Shown piece after piece: positions 26,926-64,000 of a stretch of DNA of 64,000 nucleotides. The DNA lies in assembly GCA_963693365.1 (NCBI GenBank), contig CAVNZM010000001.1, positions 4,914,907 to 4,978,906 on the forward strand, read 5' to 3'. Origin of the DNA: Amoebidium appalachense (taxonomy: Eukaryota > Protista > Ichthyosporea). How positions within the stretch are numbered: the first letter of the stretch is position 1; each line of letters begins with the position of its first letter. The position numbers and the translations under genes were made by a program. The notes under the pieces are model-generated. The model was not told the origin of the DNA. It searched no databases and saw only the letters and a program-made list of their open reading frames with translations.

Positions 26926-28006
26926 AGAAAAAAGGGGAGGGGGGGAAGCAGGAAAATGAATTAGAAAGTCTTGATGAATGCCTTTATATGTTTCAGCCGG
27001 GGGGGGGGGGGGGGGGGGGGGGTTTCTGATGAAGTTTAGTTGTTATAGGCAGATTATGTGACCATACATAAGGTGGGAAGCTCTGATTTAAGTGACGCGC
27101 AGTAAGGTTTTGGTGTGTATGCATGATTTCTTAGCTGGGAACCAAAGAAAGAAGAACACGGGCCATGAGCCTGCTTACTTACATCTATGGGTATAGGGGT
27201 GAAATTTCGCGACATGTTGCACGTCCGTTTGGAAAATGATTAGCAACATTTTGAGTCCACAATTCTAACTTCATATCTGGTGCACTGTGTGCATCGATGT
27301 CATGCCATATATGGCACGCTCATTTCATTGTTCAATTTTCGCCTAGATATTCCTTTCTACTTCTAGATGATGAGATTTCCAATAACTACAGGTGGCTTGA
27401 AAACTTAAAAATGCCTGCTGCATTGTATGTATGTACAGTAAGGGGTTTTTTTGAAATATACACGGTGCTGATATCAAAATGCACAATCAATGACATCGAA
27501 CCCCCCCCCCCCCCCCCTAAAGAACAAAAAAAAAAAAAAAAAAACCACCACCACCAGCACCCCAACCCCTCTAATCCCGGTGTTTCTATCGAATCTTAAA
27601 ATTTCCTTCTCAAGCCTAAATCGCCTTTTATCCTGTCGACGACTGCATGCGCACACCCAGCTCAAAGTTTTGTTTTTCTGCTTGCCTACATTATAGCTAA
27701 CCGTTTCTCATCTGTGATTCAGACGGCCGTGCACACCATACTAAAAGGTCATTCCGTCATCGTACGTGTGCTGAATTTCGACCACTGTAAATAACTCGGG
27801 TCTACTCTCCCTTAGGGTTGGCTTTACTCATATTTTGCTGCATGCAGTGACTTTGTGTGTGTGTCGGGCGCCCTTTCGCTGTATATTCCTACTTTTTTAT
27901 TGTTTTGTATATATGCAATCAGCCATATCCACCAAATATGTTATGTTCAACCGTTAGGTCCGACCATTGTTAAAAAATGTATCTTGTACCCAGCCTGTAT
28001 ACAGCA

Positions 28007-28037
<31 letters not shown>

Positions 28038-28399
28038 CTTCCCCCCTTCAAAACTCTCTTTGGCAGTGCCTTTATTGGCTCTTTCTCACCTGCTCCCCCC
28101 CCCCCCGCCCCCCCCCCCCCCTACCCTAACAAATAGAATTTTTTCCAACCTCTCTAATCCCCCCCTCCCCCCCCTCTCCCCAGAAAACCTACTCCTCGGA
28201 GTACAACTACAGAAGCGCTGGGGTCTTCTCTACCATATCCCACTTCTTGCGCTTTTGCGTTTGCTCGCTCAGGGAGGGGGGGGGGGGGGGGGGAGGAGGA
28301 CGGCGGAGGGGGGGGGGGGAAGGGGGGAGGGGGAGGGTGGGGGGTGGGGGGGGGGGGGGGGGGGGGGGGGACGGGCTGACAGGGAGACCGAAGACCTAG

Positions 28400-29880
28400 A
28401 CTGGTACCAGATAGTCTTTGCTGGGACGGTTAAACTTTCTGGGCCTCAGTGTTCTATGTGGGATCCCCTGTACTGGGAAGGGTGAGGGTGGGGTGAGTGG
28501 GGACATTTTTATGTGATATCCGGACGAGCACTTTTGAAAGGGGGGAGTGTGTGTGTACACTGTTGGAGTGTGGGTGTGGGAAGTGAGGTGGGAAAGGAAG
28601 GTATCAGAAATATCGAACTGGGCTGGCAGCCACCATGCAGGGGAGGAGAGGCAATGAAAGTGTGCCAACTGGGCTAGCATACGGTACCAGGTTTCATCAA
28701 TAAGAGGTCTGAGAGATGGGAGGGAGGAAGGAGTTGGGAGGGCTACCGAAAGTGTTGCACTGTATAACGCAAGATTAGGAGGGCAGAGGAATAGGGTAAC
28801 TGAAAGGAAGAAGGAAACTACGGGTATATCCTGAGGTAAGAGCACCAAGGTATGATAGAAGGGACTCGGCGGCGGGGCGGGGGGGGGGGGGGGGGGGGGA
28901 GGGAGGAGGAGGAGGAGGGGAAGACGAAGGGTGGGAAAGGGGGGAAGGGGTTCGGGAGGGTAGACCGGGAATAAGAGAGGAGAGGGATAGGTATTACTAA
29001 CTGAGAACAAGACGGTGACGGTGGGTAGAATCTGAGGAAAGAACACCAAGGAATTTGAGGAGGGTCTCCCCAACGGGGGGGGGGGGGAGGAAGAGAGGGG
29101 GGAAGATGCGAATGTAAGGCAGAAATTTCCCGGATGGCATAAAGGTAAAGCCTATTGGAGATCTGTGTTTGGGGGGCAGGGGGGGAAGGGGGTTGGCAGG
29201 AAGGAACAGTGTAGAACAACAGGGAAGAATCAAGAATGTGTTTAGGGTGGAGGGCTTTTGTTCAGCATGAGTCATAAACAGTTAAACAACTGCTGGAAGG
29301 AGATTGTCGCATGCAGGGGCAAGAGATGAGTGTAGTACAAAAGCAGGCATTCAATTTGAGCTGGGGATTCTTTAACACTTCGCATTCGATGAGTTTCTGA
29401 GTGAGGATGGGGATGGGGAAGAGCCGAGGGGGCGAGGGGGTGAGAGAGGGAAGGGAGAGGGCACCGGGGGAGAGGGAAAGGGTGTGAGGTGGGGTGAGAG
29501 AGGAAGGGGGGTGCATATGCGGGTGGGGGGTAGGAGTAGAGGGGGTGGTGAGGGAGGGGGGGGGAAGGGGAGGGAGGGGAGGAGGGGTGGAGGGGAAGGA
29601 AGAGAGGTCGGGGGAGGGGGAGGCAAGACTAAGGAATAAGAGGGGAAAGGGAAAGGATAACTGAAAGCAAGTCAAGGTGACGGTGAGTGGAATCAGAGGG
29701 AAGAACACCAAGGAATTTATAAAGGGGCCCATCCCCCTGCGCGGGGGCCCAGGGGGAAGGGGGTTAATATTCTTTACAGAGTAACATTCACGATAGAAAT
29801 CCACAACAAATCGCTTATGATGCATACCATTATGCAGGAAAATTGTCGGGGGGCGTGGGCCCAAGTCATTGACAGTATTT
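28400..29880 (-). mobile_element. Decayed non-LTR retrotransposon reverse-transcriptase fragments (two tandem copies)
   Basis: Minus strand reads LLKFLGVLSSDSTHRH (about 29010-29065) and LYKFLGVLPSDSTHRH (about 29675-29730), matching RT domain-7 (Y)KYLGV. It is followed by frameshifted FYHTLVL (thumb-like, about 28860). Many stops, frameshifts and C-tract interruptions. Confidence 0.5.
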
Positions 29881-30860
29881 GTGGGGGGGGGGGGGGGGGG
29901 GGGGGGGGAAGGGAGGGGGTGGGGGGAGGGGGGGGGGGGAGGGGGGGGGAGGGAGAGGGGGGGGGGAGGGGGGGGGGGGCTTTGTTGGGAGTCGGTGTCT
30001 TGGAAGGATTGGAAAGATGAGTGCAAGTAGCAGATGCGGCAAAGGGACGGACGACTCCGAGAAGCAGGGGCACTAGTTGGGTGATGGGGTGATGCGGGGA
30101 GGGAGCCGAACCTGTGATGGGCGTCATGCACTGGTGTTCGGCATCTGAAGCAAATCGACTTACAGGTAGTTGAGGGTAGATGGCATGAGCTGCTATAAGC
30201 AGCTATAAGCAGGAAGGAGCTCACACTTGCAGTAGCCGTACTTGCTGCCAAATGTCGATTGGGAAGTTTTATCTGACCCCCAAATTTCCCAACCACAGAG
30301 GCCTGCAACACGCTATCACCAAAAAATTAAGCTCTGCAGAGGCATGCAGTTAGCCACGTACATAGAGATGGTGGGGAATGTCAGAGCTCTCGAGGCCGGT
30401 TAGTAAATGATAGGTGACTCACGGACCTCCCCCCCACAACCACACACGCTCCCTCCACGTAACAGCCTCACATGCGCGCAAAAACGAGGATCAAACGTCC
30501 GCGAACGGCTATTTTTGATTTCACTCCAACTGCCAGATTCCACCACGTTTCAAATTGCACACATACGACTACAGTACATGGCCGGAGGGATGCAGACGAC
30601 AAAACCACTCACCGGAGACAATCAGATGGGGTATTGCCTTGGCAATCAATCAGTATTGAACAGCAAAAAGCTGTAACAGGCACGACATCCAGACCGAGCT
30701 TTTTGAGGACACGGTGGCATGGCCACACACGTACTTATCATCGGATTTTATTGCTGCATTAGCTCCCCGCGGTCCAGCCCGCGATTCATATATCATCACA
30801 TCATCATATATTCTAAATACATTTGCGAATAACTAGGTTGCATTCACTTATGAACACAGC

Positions 30861-31265
30861 TTACGAGTCCGGGGTTGGGTGCACGTGCACCTTAATGAAA
30901 GCGCGGGTGTTCCTGGACAGCAGATCACGGTCCATGGTCACCTCCTTCTCGACCGTCTGGCCCACGGGCAAATCGTCCAGGTCCACCTTGGCCTTGCAAA
31001 GAGTCTCAGAGCCGATGAGGTCCTTGTCCCTCAGCTTGAGCTCGAGCTTGTGGTGCTTGATGTCGCTCACCTCGAACACAAAGTGCTCGTTGAAGTCGGC
31101 ATCCGTGCAGTTGTTCACCACCTTGGTCTTGAACTCCTGGTCGTCAATCTCGACCTCGACGTAGGCGTCAGACTTGCCCAGACCATCCTCACCCTCGATG
31201 CCGGTCACGCGGATAATGGTGACTTCGACCTTAGTCTTGGGACCGTGGTGACCGAAGAGACCCAT
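30861..31265 (-). CDS. Single C2-domain protein (134 aa), intronless
   Basis: VEVTIIRVTGIEGEDGLGKSDAYVEV...FKTKVVNNCTDADFNEHFVFEV...LELKLRDKDLIGSETLCKAKVDL is a canonical C2 pattern. Strong GC3 codon bias; ccaccATGG start; Gly2. Confidence 0.95.
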   Translation of the reverse strand: MGLFGHHGPKTKVEVTIIRVTGIEGEDGLGKSDAYVEVEIDDQEFKTKVVNNCTDADFNEHFVFEVSDIKHHKLELKLRDKDLIGSETLCKAKVDLDDLPVGQTVEKEVTMDRDLLSRNTRAFIKVHVHPTPDS

Positions 31266-31339
31266 GGTGGAAGAGTATTTTAGATAGAGGGTCAGGGAGG
31301 AAGGAGTCTCTGTACGCCTTGCTTATGGACAAAGCAGGG

Positions 31340-31347
31340 TTTATATA
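31340..31347 (-). promoter_or_regulatory. TATA box of the C2-domain gene
   Basis: TATATAAA on the minus strand about 75 nt upstream of ATG 31265. Confidence 0.65.
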
Positions 31348-33461
31348 CCCACAGGGTGAGCCGCGAAAAAAAATGGTATGTCTAGGTTATGACTGATAAC
31401 CAATCAAAAGGCTAGTGTAGCAGCACCAAGTTTCAAATGCCAAACTATGACCTGCCGCAATTGGATTGTTGGAGGTAAATGGGCTTTATCGAAAGTCTAT
31501 AACATCGACTATATAAGCATTTTTGTATTTATATTTGGCTTTTTGCCTACTCTAATTGTTACTGGTTCCATCAACCCTCTCCACATTGCATAGTGCATTG
31601 CACATGCAACACCCAATTACAGTCCTCCTGCCCAGGGAGACCAAAAGCCTACTATATATGGGTATATGGTAAGCCAATTATGGGCGGCTCAGATTTCAGG
31701 AGGTGCAAACAGTTCTAAAAATACATTGCATGATCGAAAACACGGTCCATTTGTTGCAACACCAATGCTACAACATAAGCCAAAATGTAATTAATAAGCC
31801 AAATAAAATAAATTATGGTCTATTTTGCTAGGTAGAGTAGTTGGGTTAGCGATGGTGTATGCCGTTACCGGCCGGTTTTTTAAACCAGTTTTATCTCTTG
31901 AAACATAATTTCAAACATTTGTTACCCTCCTATTTAAAACTAATCAAAATGGTTGTGAAGGGTTAGCGATTTTGATTGGTAGCTGAAAAATTCCGGCCCG
32001 GGAAGGTGCAAAAGCCATGCGAATGCTCAAGAACCATAATAAAAGTAAACGTTGTGTTAGGGAGAAAAGATACTTGAACAGTCTGGGTGGTTCAGCATCA
32101 ACTCAAGAGCCAATAATTTATGTTTCTGGGCTCCAACACATAGTGGAAATATACAGTCTGCGGCCGGGCACACGACTGCTCATGATATTGGAGACCACTT
32201 TTATGCTGCGAATCAACGGATAATATACGTATACGACAGTGATGACTGATGATCATGAGCTTTATCATGTTCCTTTTCGGATTGTGAGTGAGGCTAGCAT
32301 CTGTAGAAGTGAACATTGAAAATTATCTATCACATATACAAACTAAACTAACGTCCAAACCGAGTTGTCTTTGTTCAATTTGGAGCATACAGTAGAATGA
32401 AATTTCCTCAGAGCATGATGACGGTTGCGTTGGAATCATAGGATAGGAATGCCAAAGCGCGCCATGGCGAATAAATGGGGAGCAGCCATTGGCTTGGATA
32501 TAACGGTGTTGTCTTTGCCTTGGCATCCCGCACAATTCGGCTGAAATAAACATGACCAACATGACAACGGCACACGCCCGAGGGTCGGGCCCACGACCAT
32601 TTCTTGGCATGGCACACCTTACAGAGCATGACAAAGTAGAGTGACCTTGTCCCGTGTAGAGTTGGGTAACTGCAATTGAAATTGATGTTTATTACGACTG
32701 TGTACCAACTGACTGACTTGGCAACGGCCGTGAATTGTATTTGCAGTCCGCAGGGAGGCCTCCCAATGCCATGCGTGTTCACCTTACTAAGATGTTTCAG
32801 TGTTAAGTATCAATACGGTGCTGTGCACCCTCACACGTACTGACGGTGTGCACGCGCTGCGATGAACTTCACGTTCGCTGCAGGCGGGCGACCGCGTGCA
32901 TGCTTTCTGTCGCGGCGCCTCGACGGTTCGATAGATAGAGTCCAGTGTTCGCTGAATGTGTAAGGAAAAATAAGGAGCCATCTCAGTAGGTGGCAGCTGT
33001 GCACCTTGCGCCCAAGGGTTCCAACCGTTAAAAGGTACATTGGCACACACACAACTGCACGCCGTAAGAAAGGCCTTCACACGCACAAACACACACGCCG
33101 GGACATACACGCACACAACATTGGCACATGTACATATAGATAGTGTCACACATTCGTGTCACTGGTACACACACACGCACACACAAACAACACACACACC
33201 TTGACATACACGCGCACACACACACACACACACACGTGTACACACACGCGCGCACACACACACACACGTACACTGACACACCCACACAGTGTCACTGCTA
33301 CACACACACACACACACACACCAGACATCTCAATTCACGGATCTGCGTGCAATTTGAGATCCTCGAGATCAGGGGAGCCCTCGAGGCTGGGGAAGGGCCC
33401 AGGGGCGGCCGCCGGGTGGGTGGGTGGCGGGGGAGGGGGGGGGGGGGGGGGAGAGGGGGGA

Positions 33462-33497
<36 letters not shown>

Positions 33498-33499
<2 letters not shown>

Positions 33500-33827
33500 G
33501 AATGCGGAACACGGCACGAATTCGAAGTACACACGTACATGATGGCCAGCATGGTGCAGGGCACATGCAAAGGCAAACATTCAAGTATGCAATATCAGCA
33601 TTGCGCACAGTATGCGTCATAAGCAGAGCCCATCCTCAGGGAGGCCCCAAGTCATCAATCGCGTCTGAGTTTCGGCCCCTGAGCCCGGGTATATACGACT
33701 CTCCAACTCACGACAGCAGTATCAACTGAACTTGGGAGGCCCAACCCGTCTTGATAAAGACGAGCAGGGTTGCTTATGCAAGCAAGGTGAGTAAACCGGT
33801 GAAGATGTGTGTGGGCAAGCTAATGCA
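33498..33827 (-). mobile_element. Interspersed repeat of about 330 bp, copy 1
   Basis: Closely similar to the reverse complement of 60808-61128; both produce the same spurious peptide ISRAHPQGGPKSSIASEFRPLSP in the ORF track. Abuts a poly-G tract. Confidence 0.85.
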
Positions 33828-33877
33828 AGAGGCGGAGGGGGGGAGGGGGGGGGGGGGGAGGGGGGGGGGGGGGGGGG

Positions 33878-34034
33878 TTTGAATGCTGAACACGGTTACA
33901 GTAGGAAGTATTTGCATGATACACGATGAGAAGCACGGTGCAGGACACATGCAACGCCAAACATTCAACTATGCAATATCAGCAATGCGCACAGTATGCG
34001 CCATAAGCAGAGCCCATCCTCAGGGAGGGCCCAA
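33878..34034 (-). mobile_element. Interspersed repeat, truncated tandem copy 2
   Basis: TTTGAATGCTGAACACGG...CATAAGCAGAGCCCATCCTCAGGGAGG repeats the first about 150 nt of 33498-33827, again preceded by poly-G. Confidence 0.85.
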
Positions 34035-34230
34035 ATGCAAGGGGGGAGGGGGGTAGGGGGAGAGAGAGAGAGAGACAGTTGTACAGGTCCCCTCGTGACT
34101 CTGGCCACACCTATATCACCGCAGTCCGAACGTGGTTGCTGATACAAAAAATAGAACTTCGGAAATGATGTCTATCAGATTCCACAATAAAACCCATACA
34201 GCATTTGCTAATGTAACAGTTGCTTCAACA

Positions 34231-34267
<37 letters not shown>

Positions 34268-34282
34268 TTCCCCCACAACAAC

Positions 34283-34313
<31 letters not shown>

Positions 34314-34937
34314 AAGAAAGAAAGAAAAACAAAAGAGAAAAAGAAAAAAAAAAGAAAAAGGAAAAAAGCTTGAGTGACCCAACCTGCACCAAGGGCTATT
34401 CACGACCAATCACAAACAAGATTCACAGACTGGTAAAACACACAAAAAACAAGATGACAGCGGTTGTACCCTTTGGCTGAAAAACATTACAACAGAACCA
34501 GAACCAAAAAGCACTATGCGCAACAAGTTTCAATACAAGTTATTTGACTTCAATTCAAATCATCAGATGCCATCATGAATGGCCGCGCATGTAGATGTTT
34601 GCTATTACACGATTACACTGGGCAGGCGCCCATGAGTGCAGAGGGTGTGTATCATGTATGTCCGTGTGTGCGCTCACGTAAGTTTTGACATGCTTAAACT
34701 ACTTTATGAAATTTATCACCAACGGGTGGCCCATAGAAATGTATATGACGTGCATACCGTGCCCAGACACCATCGCATCAAGTGATGCACCAGGCGCTGT
34801 AAAAGAGAAAGAAGAATGGGGAAAGCAATGTTATGTCTTCGGCACGAACTTGAGTTTCACCATAGCAGCAAGCGCCGCAGCAGCCTGCTCCTGGGCATCC
34901 AGCAAGCTGTGTGCGTGTGTGTGTGCGCGCGCGCGCG

Positions 34938-35007
<70 letters not shown>

Positions 35008-35135
35008 GTGTGTGCGTGTGTGTTGTGTTGTGTGTGTGCTCGCGCAAATCTACTTGCACGAGCGTGCAATTGTTCACATTATTATGTGCATGATATTGTG
35101 TGTAATATTGGTGGTCTTGTTAGTGAATCAGATTT

Positions 35136-35167
<32 letters not shown>

Positions 35168-36087
35168 GAGGGGGGGGGGGGAGGGCTGCCTGCCAGTGAG
35201 AGATAGTCTGGTCGACAGGGAGACACCAAAGTTTACCGCTTGTCCGTGTGAGCATACATGTGTGTGGGGCTCCATGCACACGCCGGTGTGTGTGTGTGTG
35301 TGTGTGTATGTGTGTGTGCTTGTCCATGTGCATGCTTGTCTACGTGTCTACGTACTCCTCGCACCCTATAGTTCTGTGAGCATGTTTCTGTATTTGAATG
35401 GGTGTGTGGGGCCAAACCATTTGTAATACCCCTAATGCAAGATTATATGGCCTAGAGAAGTGTTGGCCAGAGCCATAGGAACAATACCACATCGCAATCC
35501 TATTATAGCGATAACATAAATTGTTTCATCCGTGCAATCACAACCGCATGTGCCGACCCTCCACAGACCTTGTCTACAAAGAGCCGATAAGGTGTGCATA
35601 ACACAATCTCCTTACCTGTTTGCTGCAGAATCAGGCTTGCCAGATGATTCCTCGCTGGTGTCCTGTGTGCGGGGCGTGTTTTTAAGTTTTGTGTTTGAAT
35701 CAGGCACATACGGGGAAGGAGGCCGTGGTGTGTGTGGTTATCTGCTGAGGGTCCGATGGAGTTTGTGAACAACGTGGATGAGGCGCGTGCAGGGTGATGG
35801 TGATAGTGTTGGTGAAGGGGGTAGGAGGGGGCACGGGGGTGGGGTGGGGGTGGTTGGGTGGGCGTGGGTTGGTGGGTGGGTGGGCCGCCGGGGGGGGGGG
35901 GGGGGGGGGGGGGGGAGGGGGGGGGGGGGGGGGCACTGTGGTGATGTATTCCCAACCTTTTTTTTAGGTCCCCAATGTTCCTTCCTCTTCTCCCCCCCCC
36001 CCTAACAAGAAAGAACGAGAACCCACCAGGCTTCTTTTCTTTGATCGACCAACATCTTCCACCTAAGCACCTCAGGACCCACGTAGT

Positions 36088-36122
<35 letters not shown>

Positions 36123-36128
36123 TTCCCT

Positions 36129-36160
<32 letters not shown>

Positions 36161-36719
36161 ACCACCACCACCCAGCCCGGAGAAGAGACACACCTGCACC
36201 AGAACTTTCTGACCAGGAGCGGACTCAACTGGGGGTTGGCCACAATCTGAATGAGCATTCGGTGTTATGTAATGCATGAACAAACCACCAAACACCATGT
36301 TTCGACAGCAAAAACAAAGCCACGAACACACTACACATATTAGGAAATCCGTTCAAATATAAAAGCGTGGGGTTAGTTGGCCTGCCATGGATGTTTGAAT
36401 ATATCCGGAGGGGAAAAGACTTCAGGAGGTGGGGGGAGAAGGAGTGGGAAAGCAAGGGAGGGGAGATGGGTGGTGGGGACGGCCGGAGGGGGGGAGGATG
36501 GAAAGGAGGAAATAAAAAGGGAGAAAGAGAGGAAAGGAGGAGGCAGAATGAAAGTGAGAGGGAGGGATCGAGAACAGAATAAAGAGAGGTAGGTAGGAGG
36601 GAAGGACGGAAAAACGGACGGAGGGACCGAGAGAGACGTTGCGAGATAGAGGAAAGGAGTAGGTGTGACGAAGGGGCCGAGTTTGGAGCAGAGGGCTGGA
36701 GAGGGGTGAGGGGTGAAAA

Positions 36720-36774
<55 letters not shown>

Positions 36775-37109
36775 TTGTGTGAAAGACAAGCACGTAGCCA
36801 GAAAGCCATACACCGGCAGCCTTTCAGCACAGCCCATCGGTACACATCACCATACAGATATACACATTCCAGCCAAAGTCCATCCAACCACTCACCGTCC
36901 CATCTTTGGCTCTAGGCCCACTGCCACAAGCCTACACACCAAAAGCACCAAGCCGACTCACAGCCACTAAAACTACACCCACACCCACACCCACCACCTA
37001 GCTCAAAGTTTTAAACCTGGAACCGCACCTACATGCACTCACAACCTATCATCAAACATAACCCCACTCTAAACATCACGACACATGCACAATCCGACCC
37101 CTGCACCAA

Positions 37110-40998
<3,889 letters not shown>

Positions 40999-41167
40999 GT
41001 TGGCTTTATATACACAAGAGCGCGGTGGTGCGCTCCTCTTGATATCGGCTCCTTGTTCGTAAATCTTCACGCAGTTTGATGAGACAAAACAGACACGAGA
41101 AATCGATGTTAGGAAAACGTGTAGGTAGCCTAGATCTTTGCCATACTGTTACGAGTTAGTAGGTGTC

Positions 41168-41176
41168 TATATAAAA
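41168..41176 (+). promoter_or_regulatory. TATA-like box in the divergent intergenic region
   Basis: TATATAAAA between head-to-head ATGs at 40998(-) and 41769(+). Confidence 0.35.
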
Positions 41177-41768
41177 CAAACTGTGCGTTCATCCGTCTCA
41201 CCAAACAAGCCACGTGCTGTAAAGACACCCCTACAAGCCTCCTGCAGTTACCAATAACTGTCCTTCCCTCTGAACTCAGTCCAATTCTCCTTCTTTCTCC
41301 CCTCCGTTACCAAACTACTCATCAAGTCGTCACCGCAGCCTCTGCAGAACGGGGAAATAGGCAAACGCTGGCCGCAACTTAAAAAAAAGCCGCAACTTAG
41401 ATCTGGTGATGATGAGCCCCCCTTGATGACGGCTAGACCAATCAAATACTTGCATCGGTCTTGAATTTCATGGATATCCCGTGAGCCACTACATAGAGCC
41501 ATCAATGTTGGCACTGCGTTGTTTCAGAGACAGAGAGTGGAGGAGTGGAGACTTAGTTGGGAGTTGTAAACAAGGCTCGACTTTGAGCAATAGCTAACTG
41601 CCTCAACAAGATAGGTTGCAGCTTTACCTGGTCGACCAATATTTCATAACACGTTTTGATGTACCCTGGTAGGAGCTCTTTTATTTCCACCTAAGGAAGG
41701 CAAGGTCAAAGTGAGGGTGGGAGAGTGTAGAAAGCAGGCGATCCCCTTGGTGGGGTGGTGGGTCAGCC

Positions 41769-63830
<22,062 letters not shown>

Positions 63831-64000
63831 GTATGTGCGCCAAACCTTTCCCGTCCCCTCCCCCCACCACACACACACACACACCACCACCACCACCCCC
63901 TGGCCATATTCCTTCTCAGTTTTTTCCTCCCGTTCCGGATGTAAAAGGGAGGAATTCAAAATATGATGAGCGGAAAAGGAAATGTAGGAAACAAAGCTAC

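Noticed and set aside
36180-36430. Minus-strand CGQPPVES...VLVQVC as a non-LTR zinc finger, and KIYWNIIQAL (about 43380-43410) as an endonuclease start
   Set aside because: Too short and degenerate to support without a search.

Overview
Eukaryotic genomic DNA with GT-AG spliceosomal introns full of (CA)n/(GT)n, (CT)n/(GA)n and poly-C/poly-G tracts. Nearly all ORFs in the supplied track are translation artefacts of these repeats. Manual splicing gives: (1) an intronless multi-pass GPCR-like membrane protein (3693-4919,+); (2,3) two tandem 7-exon paralogues encoding secreted, probably GPI-anchored Spherulin-4/GH135 (Sph3-like) glycoside hydrolases (10421-13552 and 21726-26925,+), both with a variant Asp-Asp active-site motif; (4) an intronless single-C2-domain protein (30861-31265,-); (5) a partly resolved minus-strand gene ending in a Cys cluster (about 37110-40998); (6) a large ARM-repeat + SPRY protein gene (RSPRY1/RNF123-like; 27 exons in the window, 41769 to beyond 63830,+), with about one ARM repeat per symmetric phase-1 exon. 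Repeats include two foldback/MITE copies built from a palindromic GCAGAATWATTCTGC unit, other MITE candidates, a structured 330-bp interspersed repeat tailed by poly-C, and decayed non-LTR RT fragments. Gene content and style suggest a unicellular opisthokont such as an ichthyosporean; this is inference only. All exon models were derived by hand and need RNA-seq confirmation.
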